A program made the position numbers and the translations under genes. This document shows, piece by piece, positions 13,953-25,976 of a stretch of DNA of 64,000 nucleotides. Numbering within the stretch: position 1 is the stretch's first letter; each line of letters begins with the position of its first letter. The notes under the pieces were generated by a model. It worked only from the letters and a program-made list of their open reading frames with translations, was not told the origin of the DNA and did not search any database. This stretch comes from Octopus sinensis (Eukaryota), in contig NC_043000.1 in NCBI RefSeq assembly GCF_006345805.1, positions 68,944,001 to 69,008,000 on the forward strand, in the 5' to 3' direction.

Positions 13953-14282
13953 TCATTTAAATTTATTTAAAATTTTCTTGTGTCTATCAATATAATATCT
14001 TGGAAAGCAGACTTGTGCAATGTTCTTTAAAATACCAATATCATATGGTCTTGAATTTATACACTGTTTTTTCTTTGGAAGTTTGGTTACTTTTGAAGAA
14101 TCATAATCATTTTGATGACAGTTTTCAGAAATTTGGAATGTCCCAAGTTTGTGTCGCTCATTATTGGTTTGATTAGTAAACATTAAATAAATATGATACA
14201 GTGTAAAGCCAGCAATCAGGAGAGAGAGAACAGACAGTGAAGCCATTAGGAAAATAATCCTTGGAAACTGCATGAAGAGATG
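13953..14282 (-). CDS. ZDHHC4: ZDHHC4 terminal coding exon (HLFMQFPRIIFL...TNQTNNE...YDIGILKNIAQV...FK*)
   Basis: ttttttgacag acceptor, phase 0; FPRI segment typical of ZDHHC4, last TM helix, TTxE-position motif, PaCCT-like YDxG..N..V; TGA stop at 13953-13955. Confidence 0.93.
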   Translation of the reverse strand, partial: HLFMQFPRIIFLMASLSVLSLLIAGFTLYHIYLMFTNQTNNERHKLGTFQISENCHQNDYDSSKVTKLPKKKQCINSRPYDIGILKNIAQVCFPRYYIDRHKKILNKFK

Positions 14283-16366
14283 CTGTCAAAAAAACAAAAA
14301 ACAACTGATTCAATAATTATAAAATATTCTTGCTTCATTTTCTACAATATTTGTTATGACTACAGTTGATTATTAGACAAAATAAAATACTCCAAATTTT
14401 AATCTAAAAGCAATAAAATTCATAACACTGAGAAATCAAGTTTCAAAAAACAGCTACATTAACGTCAAGGACATTTTCTAAAAGTTAACCTTATTTCTCT
14501 TTTATAATTGGTTTGCAAGATTCTCAATGTGAAATTGTGTGCTAAAATAGAATTCAATTTATCTTGGAAGGGACATTATGCCAAAAATAAGCACATTTAT
14601 TGATTGGTTCTATTAGTTAACTAGTTAACCAATTAATCAGTTAACTAAACGGTTGTTTGATAAACTATTCACTCAATCAATCAGCATTCACAACCTCATC
14701 AGTGACATGCCCTCTTACTCAAGTTCTGTCAGTCCTCTAGTTTACAGATTCTGGATTTATATTTAATGGATTGTGAATGAGAATATAAGAAACAGAGTGT
14801 GTGTGTGTGTATGTGCATGCGGCATGCATTGCATGGATCCATGCATGTATATGTAGTATGGTACAGATTCTGTAAGTGTAAGAGAAAAACGTGTGTGTGT
14901 AAGGTATCAGAGGCTAAATATTTATTTATTTATTTGCTCATTTTAAGGCTGGTGTCTTTGTCATTGTGAATGGATTGTGTGTGTGACTTAAGGTTGATAA
15001 TGAGATAAAGTTGGAAGTAAAAAAAAAATTACTAACAGTAGGAAAGTACAGAAGTTAAAAAATCCTATTTGGAGAAACTTTCAAACAGCACTGGAAACTG
15101 CTTTTAAATAAAGGAGCTAAAAAGGGATAATTATAACATAAAAGGACAATCAGACATTCTCATAAAATAATCTGATACCAGCCACTGACTAGGCTCTCAG
15201 ACAGACAGACACAAAAATAATGGTAGGGTAGAATAGAGAAGCGACCAATTTGGTAAAATTGGAAGAAAGTTAATAAGCAAAAAGTGTTATCAAGATGCTA
15301 GTTGGGAAGCAAGTCCTCAAGTATATCAAGTCAGAATATGACTGTGAGTAAGAAATGTAGTGTTTTTTGCAATCAAAATGAGCAGCATAATGTCTTCTGA
15401 ATCACAAGGGTATATTTGTATGAATTAAGATGTAATTGGAGTAAAAGTGGTCTGCAACAACACTGGTGTACTTGTCTTCAGCAATAACAAAATGAAAGGA
15501 TATGAAAGTACTATGATGGGGGCTTTAATAGGGAATATGAATGTGACAGAAAGGAACTATTGCAAGTGAACTCCATAAAGAGGCCAGCTGGAATCTTACT
15601 GGACATCATCCCATAGAAGGCCCCCTACAACCATTTGCATAAGTTGTGCTGATCTACTATAAAGCTAATTGTTTCAGTTTTTCACCATTTCTTCCATGTG
15701 GCCCAGTATACTGAGTTCAAATCTGGTATAAGGTTAGCTTTCCTTTTCATTTCTTTGAGTTTGATTAAATAAATGCTAAATATAAGCTAAAGTTAATTGA
15801 ATAAAATTATCACTACCTCTTCCTTACAAATTTGTCAATAACAAATACAAATAAATCCATATTCATATACAGAATGCTAGAAGAATAACTAATAGTATTT
15901 ATACAGAGGCTGATGTCAAGAAAGTGTTATTATTTACCAAGAGATTATAGTCACACATATAGAGATGAACTGAGAGAATACTCACACTTATAGAACTAGA
16001 AATATACTTGCTAAATACTGTCATAAGGAAACTCAAATCATAAGAAAAAATTTTAAAGAATGCATGGAATTAGAAATATAAAGAAATATAAAGATCAGCT
16101 TGAAAAGAAAAGAAATACAACTTGACAAGTGGTCAAAATGTATGATACAACAGTTATAATATATTTAGAATTACTGGGGGAATCAAGACAAAGAGAAACT
16201 TGAAAGAAACTAGTCCATTCTTCTTTATAGCTTGCCTACCAGGAAACCCATTTGAATGTAGTTAGAAGAGATTAAAATCTAACCAATATACAATTCAATA
16301 CATTTATATAACATAGAGTAAAAATTTATTTGAACAATTTGGATGAGTGAGCTGCCTGAAATGTTA

Positions 16367-17527
16367 TTGGGCTGGCCAAAAGTCCATTCAATCAATGATA
16401 AAATTACAGTTTCATTCCAGTTACTCCTGCCATCTTGAAGGCAGACCCATTATTCAAAGAATTTCTTGTCTTTACTGACAAAAGATACTCTTTCAGGTGA
16501 ATTTTTACATCTTCTTCAGAGTTTAAGGTTTGTCTATTCAATGAATTTTGAAGAGACCAAAACAGGTGGTAATTTGAAGGTACAAGTTCAAGAATATATG
16601 GAGGGTACAGTGTAACTTCCCAGCAAATCCCAGTAACTTCTGCTATGTCTGCAAGGTAGTGTGTGGTCTGGTAGTGTCATGATGAAAGACAATGCCCTTA
16701 TGATTAGCAAGTGCTGGATGCTTCTAGTGGTCAATCACCACATTTAATTTGTCCATCTGCTCACAGTACACATTAAAATTCAGGATCCTGTCCATAGGAA
16801 GAAATTGAAAGCATAATTTTCAAGTAAAGTCATGCTTTGGAGGTTATTTGTGGTGGTTCATCTCACTTCCTCTATGATTGCTTGCACATTACATCATTAT
16901 AGACAATCCATTTCTTATTCATTGTTACCATTCTCTTCCAAAGGATTGTTTATTCACATTTCTGCTACGAATTACAGATAGAAATCCATTGGGTGAGGTT
17001 AGCCTCATTCAACTGATGTGGAACCCAAACATTGAGCTGCTGATATAACCAAGTTGTTTCAGATGGTTTTTCAACACTTGATTTGGATATTTGGGGAATA
17101 TCCAAATCATCCTGGTCATATAATGAGGGTTGGTATCACTGTTCAACTCAAATGGCCAGCCAGAGAGAGGTGCATCTTGCACAGCAAAATTTCCCAGTTA
17201 AAAAACTCGAAACCACTTCTGGTACACATGTTCCATAACAGCATTTCCCTGTACACAGCAAATATCTTTCTACAGGTTTCTGCTACTTACTTACCTTTTT
17301 TTAAATAGAAAAGTATGAGTTGTTAATAATATTCATATTAGTTCTTCATTTTCAGGGAGTTCACAAGCACACAAAAAGTGCTCATTGCAAGTTCACATGA
17401 AACTATGTTGAAGTGTCAAGTATCCAGCAAGTGCATATGTGCAAGGAACAGACTGAAGTTAGCTGCTTATTGGAGTGCTTGAAGCTTAGTGTCAAAAAAG
17501 AAAAAATAGGCTTTTTGGCCAACCCAA
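16367..17527 (-). mobile_element. Decayed mariner transposon
   Basis: TIRs TTGGGCTGGCCAAAAG / CTTTTTGGCCAACCCAA, TA on both flanks; remnants VFHHDTTRPHT and LYPPYILELVPSNYHLFWSLQN (YSPDLAPSDYHLF-like). Confidence 0.9.
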
Positions 17528-17710
17528 TAAAATTCATTTCTCCACAACACACAAAAGCTTATTCAATATTATGAATTTTATGGATGTTTCACTTTGTTAT
17601 AAATTTTATGACTGATAGTGAAATTAAATGATAGAAAGAACAAGAGAATTACAAATGTTTTGAAAGGTAATGAAGATTGTCATTATCATAGATATTAAAT
17701 AAAATCTTAC

Positions 17711-17955
17711 CTGTACTAATGCAGAAAGTGAAACTGGAATCATTTTCCCATCAGATTCCATTATCATGGCATGAACCATTCCTGAGAAGTGAGCTATGGC
17801 TATAATAGAACGTAGCGCCATATAGAAGCCATTCAGACACATCATAATAAGGGTCAACAAGAAAGCAATGAAATAATGATTATTTAGGGCTCCAATGCAG
17901 TTGTTGGTCCAGACACAATGATGGTCAAAGCGATGAACACATCGATTACAAATGC
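17711..17955 (-). CDS. ZDHHC4: ZDHHC4 coding exon 4 ([22 protein letters not shown]...SALVQ)
   Basis: gtttttag acceptor, CAG|GTAAGA donor, 245 nt; catalytic DHHC motif with NNCIG and a TM helix; phase 1 join restores HCS-IC. Confidence 0.97.
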
Positions 17956-17999
17956 CTAAAAACAATGAAAATATAGATATGAAAATTTCAGCGACAAAT

Positions 18000-18200
18000 A
18001 TACTGATTTCAAATTTGGCACAAGGCCAACAAGTTTAGAGGAGGGAATAAGTCGATTACATCGACCCCAGTACTCAACTGGTACTTATTTTATCAACCCC
18101 CAAAAAATGAAAGGCAAAGAATTTGAACTCAGAATGTGAAGACAGACAAATTACTCAGTGTGCTAATGATTCTACCAGCTCACTGCCTTAAACACACACA
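18000..18200 (-). mobile_element. Degraded SINE (same family as 37097-37325); its 18071-18200 part is duplicated at 18968-19097
   Basis: gtcgattacatcgaccccagtactcaactggtacttattttatc...ttgaactcagaa shared with 37160-37260. Confidence 0.75.
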
Positions 18201-18203
18201 CAG

Positions 18204-18240
<37 letters not shown>

Positions 18241-19102
18241 TATATATATACATATATATATTACATATATATATTAAAATAACTTCTCATGCAGCTACAA
18301 TTACAATTCGCCAACAAACAACAAGCACATGTTTTATACCATCTCAATGAGATTTCTTACTTTAGCATGAAACCATGAATCAGGCGAAATGTGAGATTGT
18401 GATATCTATGCTTTTCTAAGAATTTTAATAGTGCAAATGGAGATTAGTTACAATTAGGAATAAAATTAAGGTATCTAATAATTAAACTATATTTCCAAGC
18501 ACTATGAAAAATTCTGAGACAACAGTGTATGAAGGAACACTGATATGGAGCAAAAACCAGTAGTCATTTCCTCATAGGTCATAGAAGTTTCTTGTAACTT
18601 TCTCCTTCAAACAAATTAAAACTACTTCGGAAAAGGCTTAGTTGACTAATTGAACACAAAGTACAAATTCTTAATGAACTTCTTAATGAACAATTACTTC
18701 ATTAAAAAAATATGAATAATCCTGGCATTGCATTTGATTGAAATAGTCATGCTTTTCCTACATGCACAATAATGATAGAAACTTCTTTTGGACAACCAAT
18801 ATTTTCCTTTCATGCTAGCAATCATTTCTTAACTGATTGACTATCTTGAAAACTTTTTATTTACTGATAAACAACAATATTCAAGCAGTTATCATCAAAA
18901 GAAGTATTTAACATTTGGAGGATTTCTGTTCAACTTTTACCACTTTCCTCAAAAAATTTCTCTTTTTTACTCAACTGGTACTTATTTTATCAACCCCCAA
19001 AAAATGAAAGGCAAAGTTGAACTCAGAATGTGAAGACAGACAAATTACTCAGTGTGCTAATGATTCTACCAGCTCACTGCCTTAAACACACACACATACA
19101 TA

Positions 19103-22100
19103 CATCATCATCATCATCATCATCATCATCATTTAACGTCCGCTTTCCATGCTAGCATGGGTTGGACGGTTCAACTGGGGTCTGGGGAGCCCGAAAGCTG
19201 CACCAGTCCAGTCAGATCTGGCAGTGTTTCTACAGCTGGATGCCCTTCCTAACGCCAACCACTCCGAGAGTGTAGTGGGTGATTTTATGTGCCACCGACA
19301 CAGGTGCCAGACGAGGCTGGCAAACGGCCACGCTCGGATGGTGTTTTTTATGTGCCACCGACACAGGTGCCAGACGAGGCTGGCAAACGGCCACGCTCGG
19401 ATGGTGTTTTTTATGTGCCACCGACACAGGTGCCAGACGAGGCTGGCAGACGGCCACGCTCGGATGGTGTTTTTATGTGCCACCGACACAGGTGCCAGAT
19501 GAGGCTGGCAAACGGCCACGATCGGATGGTGCTTGTTACGTGCCCACAGCACGGAGGCCAGTCGATGCAGTACTGGCTACGGCCACGTTTGGATGGTTTT
19601 ATTGTGTGCCACGTGCCACCGGCACTGGTACCACAAAGATACAAATTCCATTGATGTTCATCTATTTTGATTTGTTTTGATTTGATTTTCACTTGCCTCA
19701 ACAGGTCTTCACAAGTGTCACAAGAAGGAAGGTATGCACAGGTGGACTGACTACGTCCCAGGTAGGGGCCATGGGTTATGGCCTGACTAGTCTTGCCGGG
19801 TCTTCGGATGGTGTTTTTATGTGCCACCGACACAGGTGCTAGATGAGGCTGGCGAACGGCCACGATCGGATGGTGTTTGTCATGTGCCCACCGCACTGAC
19901 TACAGCACTGATGGATTTCTTGTGTGCCACAGGCACTGGTACCACAAGATACAAATTCCATTGATGTTCATCTATTTTGTCTATTTTGATTTGATTTGAT
20001 TTGATTTGATTTTCACTTGCCTCAACCGGTCTTCACAAGTGTCACAAGAAGGAAGGTATGCACAGGTGGACTGACTAGTCTTGCCGGGTCTTCGGAAGGT
20101 GTTTTTATGTGCCACCGACACAGGTGCCAGATGAGGCTGGCGAACGGCCATGATCGGATGGTGTTTGTTACGTGCCCACAGCACGGAGGCCAGTCGATGC
20201 AGTACTGGCTACGGCCACGTTCGGATGGTTTTATTGTGTGCCACGTGCCACCGGCACTGGTACCACAAAGATACAAATTCCATTGATGTTCATCTATTTT
20301 GATTTGTTTTGATTTGATTTTCACTTGCCTCAACAGGTCTTCACAAGTGTCACAAGAAGGAAGGTATGCACAGGTGGACTGACTACGTCCCAGGTAGGGG
20401 CCATGGGTTATGGCCTGACTAGTCTTGCCGGGTCTTCGGATGGTGTTTTTATGTGCCACCGACACAGGTGCTAGGTGAGGCTGGCGAACGGCCACGATCG
20501 GATGGTGTTTGTCATGTGCCCACCGCACTGACTACAGCACTGATGGATTTCTTGTGTGCCACAGGCACTGGTACCACAAGATACAAATTCCATTGATGTT
20601 CATCTATTTTGTCTATTTTGATTTGATTTGATTTGATTTGATTTTCACTTGCCTCAACCGGTCTTCACAAGTGTCACAAGAAGGAAGGTATGCACAGGTG
20701 GACTGACTAGTCTTGCCGGGTCTTCGGAAGGTGTTTTTATGTGCCACCGACACAGGTGCCAGATGAGGCTGGCGAACGGCCATGATCGGATGGTGTTTGT
20801 TACGTGCCCACAGCACGGAGGCCGGTCGATGCGGAACTGGCTACGGCCACGTTCAGATGGTTCTCATGTGTGCCACAAAGTGTGTGCCACCGGCACTGGT
20901 ACCACAAAGATACAGATTCCATTGATGTTCATCTATTTTGATTTGTTTTGATTTTGATTTTGATTTTCACTTGCCTCAACAGGTCTTCACAAGTGTCACA
21001 AGAAGGAAGGTATGCACAGGTGGACTGACTACGTCCCAGGTAGGGGCCATGGGTTATGGCCTGACTAGTCTTGCCGGGTCTTCGGATGGTGTTTTTATGT
21101 GCCACCGACACAGGTGCTAGATGAGGCTGGCGAACGGCCACGATCGGATGGTGTTTGTCATGTGCCCACCGCACTGACTACAGCACTGATGGATTTCTTG
21201 TGTGCCACAGGCACTGGTACCACAAGATACAAATTCCATTGATGTTCATCTATTTTGTCTATTTTGATTTGATTTGATTTGATTTGATTTTCACTTGCCT
21301 CAACCGGTCTTCACAAGTGTCACAAGAAGGAAGGTATGCACAGGTGGACTGACTAGTCTTGCCGGGTCTTCGGAAGGTGTTTTTATGTGCCACCGACACA
21401 GGTGCCAGATGAGGCTGGCGAACGGCCATGATCGGATGGTGTTTGTTACGTGCCCACAGCACGGAGGCCGGTCGATGCGGAACTGGCTACGGCCACGTTC
21501 GGATGGTTTTATTGTGTGCCACGTGCCACCGGCACTGGTACCACAAAGATACAAATTCCATTGATGTTCATCTATTTTGATTTGTTTTGATTTGATTTTC
21601 ACTTGCCTCAACAGGTCTTCACAAGTGTCACAAGAAGGAAGGTATGCACAGGTGGACTGACTACGTCCCAGGTAGGGGCCATGGTTATGGCCTGACTAGT
21701 CTTGCCGGGTCTTCGGATGGTGTTTTTATGTGCCACCGACACAGGTGCTAGATGAGGCTGGCGAACGGCCACGATCGGATGGTGTTTGTCATGTGCCCAC
21801 CGCACTGACTACAGCACTGATGGATTTCTTGTGTGCCACAGGCACTGGTACCACAAGATACAAATTCCATTGATGTTCATCTATTTTGTCTATTTTGATT
21901 TGATTTGATTTGATTTTCACTTGCCTCAACCGGTCTTCACAAGTGTCACAAGAAGGAAGGTATGCACAGGTGGACTGACTAGTCTTGCCGGGTCTTCGGA
22001 AGGTGTTTTTATGTGCCACCGACACAGGTGCCAGATGAGGCTGGCGAACGGCCATGATCGGATGGTGTTTGTTACGTGCCCACAGCACGGAGGCCGGTCG

Positions 22101-23655
22101 ATGCGGAACTGGCTACGGCCACGTTCAGATGGTTCTCATGTGTGCCACAAAGTGTGTGCCACCGGCACTGGTACCACAAAGATACAGATTCCATTGATGT
22201 TCATCTATTTTGATTTGTTTTGATTTTGATTTTGATTTTCACTTGCCTCAACAGGTCTTCACAAGTGTCACAAGAAGGAAGGTATGCACAGGTGGACTGA
22301 CTACGTCCCAGGTAGGGGCCATGGGTTATGGCCTGACTAGTCTTGCCGGGTCTTCGGATGGTGTTTTTATGTGCCACCGACACAGGTGCTAGATGAGGCT
22401 GGCGAACGGCCACGATCGGATGGTGTTTGTCATGTGCCCACAGCACGGAGGCCAGTCGATGCGGTACTGGTTACGGCCACTTTCGGATGTGCCCACAGCA
22501 CGGAGGCCAGTCGATGCGGTACTGGCTACGGCCACTTTCGGATGGTTTTCTCTTGTGTGCCACCGGCACTGGTACCACAAAGATACAAATTCCATTGATG
22601 TTCATCTATTTTGATTTGTTTTGATTTGATTTGATTTTGATTTTCACTTGCCTCAACAGGCCTTCACAAGTATCACAAGGAGGAAGGTATGCACAGGTGG
22701 ACTGACTACGTCCCAGGTAGGGGCCATGGTTTATGGCCTGACTAGTCTTGCCGGGTCTTCGGATGGTGTTTTTATGTGCCACCGACACAGGTGCTAGATG
22801 AGGCTGGCGAACGGCCACGACCGGATGGTGTTTGTTATGTGCCCACAGCACGATGGCCAGTGATGCGGTACTGACTACGGCCATGTTCGGATGGATTCTT
22901 GTGTGCCACCGGCACTGGTACCACAAGCGGTACTGACTACTTTTTATGTGCCACCGACACAGGTGCTAGATGAGGCTGGCGAACGGCCACGACCGGATGG
23001 TGTTTGTTATGTGCCCACAGCACGATGGCCAGTGATGCGGTACTGACTACGGCCACGTTCGGATGGATTCTTGTGTGCCACCGGCACTGGTACCACAAGC
23101 GGTACTGACTACGGCCACGTTCGGATGGATTCTTGTGTGCCACCGGCACTGGTACCACAAAGATACAAATTCCATTGATGTTCATCTATTTTGATTTGTT
23201 TTGATTTTCACTTGCCTCAACAGGTCTTCACAAGTGTCACAAGAAGGAAGGTATGTACAGGTGGACTGACTACGTCCCAGGTAGGGCCCACGGGTTATGA
23301 CCTGACTAGTCTTGCCGGGTCTTCGGATGGTGTGTTTTTATGTGCCACTATGTTCCCACAGCACGGAGGCCAGTCGATGCGGTACTGGCTACGGCCACGT
23401 TCGGATGGTTTTCTTGTGTGCCACAGGCACTGGTACCACAAAGATACAAATTCCATTGATGTTCATCTATTTTGATTGATTTTCACTTGCCTCAGCAGGT
23501 CTTCACAAGTGTCACAAGAAGGAAGGTATGCACAGGTGGATCGACTACGTCCCAGGTAGGGGCCACGGGATATGGCCTGACTAGTCCTGCCGGGTCCTCT
23601 CATGCACAGCACACTTCCATAGGACTCGGTCTTCAGTCATTTCCTTGGTGAGACA
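19103..23655 (-). repeat. Tandem/higher-order array of RTE LINE 3' UTR in ZDHHC4 intron
   Basis: (CAT)n tail at 19103-19131; RTE ORF C-terminus LTKEMTEDRVLWKCAVHERTRQD* at 23655-23581; 12 copies of the tc(t/c)tgccgggtc anchor; identical spurious ORFs repeat at 632, 646 and 1272 bp offsets. Confidence 0.95.
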
Positions 23656-23669
23656 TATATATATATATA

Positions 23670-24270
23670 TAAAATTAATTAAGGGAAGAAATTGATATTT
23701 ATCAATTAAAACCAGTGGTCTAGTATATTAAAAAGAATCCGAAGATTAAAATATTTATATATACCAATTAAGGACTGAACACGAAAAGTGGACAGTCAAC
23801 ATGCTAGATATAGACGTCAAATCGCCATTCTCCACAAAGATTATGTTTGCAAATCAAACTCAGCACAAAACCAAAGCAATAAACAAGTGAAAATATACGA
23901 AATAAAATAATTACCCATGTACTGATCAGTTTCGGTTATTATTATCCACAAGGATAACTGTAACTTCTTCAGCATGGTCTGTATTGAATGTAATTTGCTG
24001 GACTAGATGCAAAAACGATACCGGAGTGTTGCGTGCATGGAGTTCAACCGATTACATTCGAATGTATCCCTCAAATGCCTCTACTTTGGCGCGCTGAGAC
24101 CCGAAAAAACCAGCCTGCAGCTAATAATTAGCAGCAGTCAATTTACCGGTTGTGCTGAGTTTGATTTGAGAACATAATCTTTGTGGAGAATGGCGATTTG
24201 ACGTCTATATCTAGCATGTTGACTATCCACTTTTCGTGTTCAGTCCTTAATTGGTATATATATATATATA
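23670..24270 (-). mobile_element. PLE terminal fragment with ~110-bp inverted repeat (23758-23868 / 24150-24260), in (TA)n
   Basis: Arms are near-perfect reverse complements and enclose a hammerhead; inverted terminal duplication is typical of PLE insertions. Confidence 0.75.
23915..23977 (-). ncRNA. Type I hammerhead ribozyme, sense to the ZDHHC4 pre-mRNA
   Basis: CCAUG CUGAAGA AGUUA cag UUAUCC uugu GGAUAA uaa UAACC GAAA CUGAUCAG UA/CAUGG: 5-bp stem I, canonical CUGANGA and GAAA, extended stem II, palindromic ACUGAUCAGU stem III, GUA site; A10.1-C11.1 mismatch. Confidence 0.82.
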
Positions 24271-25382
24271 TTTGACAAAGGTAAGACATATTTGTGCCTT
24301 TAAATATACTTTTCTCAAAACCAATGGTTTGTAGAGATGGCTTGTTCCTGGAGAAGCTTAATCCTTTTATTTTGTATGTCTCTATGTATAAACTTGCAAA
24401 TATCTGAAAGAAATAATTTCATTTCCATGCAACTTCATCACAACTAAATCAATAGTAACCTAAAATGATTCAGAAGAGTCAGTGCTTAAGTCTGATTTCA
24501 CAGTGTTTAGTTGATGCAACATAAATTTCCCTTCTAGATAGAACACTAGGCTATTTCAATTAACATTCCAATATAAATTTGGTACCTGTTCCTGACAGCT
24601 ATCTGAATTGAAAAATGCCTGTAATGAAATATAAATCAAGACTTCAGTCATTTTACTTCTAATTAAGAAAGGATTAGTTTCCAGTAGCAAGTAGGTTCAA
24701 TGTTATTACATAACTAACTTTACTTGTTAAACAACTGACCAGAAAATATCCGTCTAAACTACAGCTTTACAACAGATAATAATAAACTATCACTAGTTTA
24801 ACTAATGGTGGCTGTAATCTCTGTAAGGGTGATAATTCTAAACTTCCTCTATACTTCAATATATTTTTAAATGACTTAGAGGGGGAATGATGCTGCCTAT
24901 TGTCTCCAAATAAGAAAAGAAAAATACATTAGATATAAATACAAAATATCATTCCTTAAATTTAAAGAAACTGGTTGTTCTGACATCAGTCAATTCAATT
25001 AAGAGCATAAAGTGAGATGTGTTGGTGCGCTGTGAGAAGAAATATCTAACATTTTGAGAAAGATCTATCTCCAGGGAATGGAAGTAACTAGAAAAACAAT
25101 TTTTTTTCATAAAGTTAAAATAATTATATTTCCTGAATTCACTAATTAGGGAAGTAATATCATATCCAATGAAATCTTATGAAAATAGCTAATATTCATT
25201 CTATTCACAAGTTAGACAGCGAAGTTACGCATAAAACTAATCAAATAGTTGATATGTATATATATATAAAACTAAATACAATGAAATAAATATTATTAGA
25301 TAAAATAAGCATCAAATATCAATAGATAACACCAGAAAAATAAATTAATAAATCATTGAAAAACAAAATCAAAAACACTTAC

Positions 25383-25687
25383 TACAATGTTTTGACCGGG
25401 CTGGTTTAACAAAATTGCAAGTCTTACAAACAGTTTTCTTCTTATAGAGGACACCATCAAAGGCATAAATAGAAATGAAGAGAGCATGGTTGTTTTGAGT
25501 GATTTCTCCAGGGTCTGCATTACATAACTTGTAGAAAGCCAAAAGGTTAAGAAAAAGCAATAACATGGGAACAAGTACATGGTTGTCATCGTGGTAAATA
25601 CCATACAATATTGGGAAGATATCAATGACAACAATGGCATGACCACATAGAACCAAGGTACCAAAAACAATCTGCATTGTTGGATTT
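25383..25687 (-). CDS. ZDHHC4: ZDHHC4 coding exon 3 (NPTMQIVFG...ADPGEIT...CKTCNFVKPARSKHC)
   Basis: ttctttccag acceptor, A|GTAAGT donor, 305 nt; DPG motif and first half of the DHHC cysteine-rich domain (CxxC...KPARSKHC). Confidence 0.95.
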
Positions 25688-25976
25688 CTGGAAAGAAAAG
25701 TAAAACAAATTTCTTTTAGAAATGTAAATTTTTTTAAAATAATAAAATTAATTTATATAAAATTTCTTTCTAATTCTTTAAAAAAAAATATACATGAGGC
25801 TGTGCAGTAAGACGTTTGCTTCTCAACTGCATGGTCCTGGGTTCAGTTCCACTGCATAGTAATTTAGGCCAGTGTCTTTAATTATAGTCCCAGACTGAGA
25901 AAAGCCTTGTGAGTGGATTTGGTACACAGAAACTGAAATAAGCTGATTGTATATATACATACTTACATACATACAT

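Noticed and set aside
19289-19540. HDV-like ribozyme reading of GCCAG-CCTCGT-CTGGC
   Set aside because: It resembles P3/L3 superficially, but I could not find P1 and P2 partners for the nested double pseudoknot.
19289-19620. CRISPR-like repeat/spacer appearance of the 63-bp units
   Set aside because: Inter-repeat segments are homologous to each other rather than unique spacers; eukaryotic LINE context; no cas genes.
19133-23475. Many overlapping 60-170 aa ORFs (MCHRHRCQ.., MPPTQVPDEAG..), also at 6872-7406 and 38025-38711
   Set aside because: They are translations of GC-rich non-coding tandem units in the RTE 3' UTR, open in several frames on both strands.
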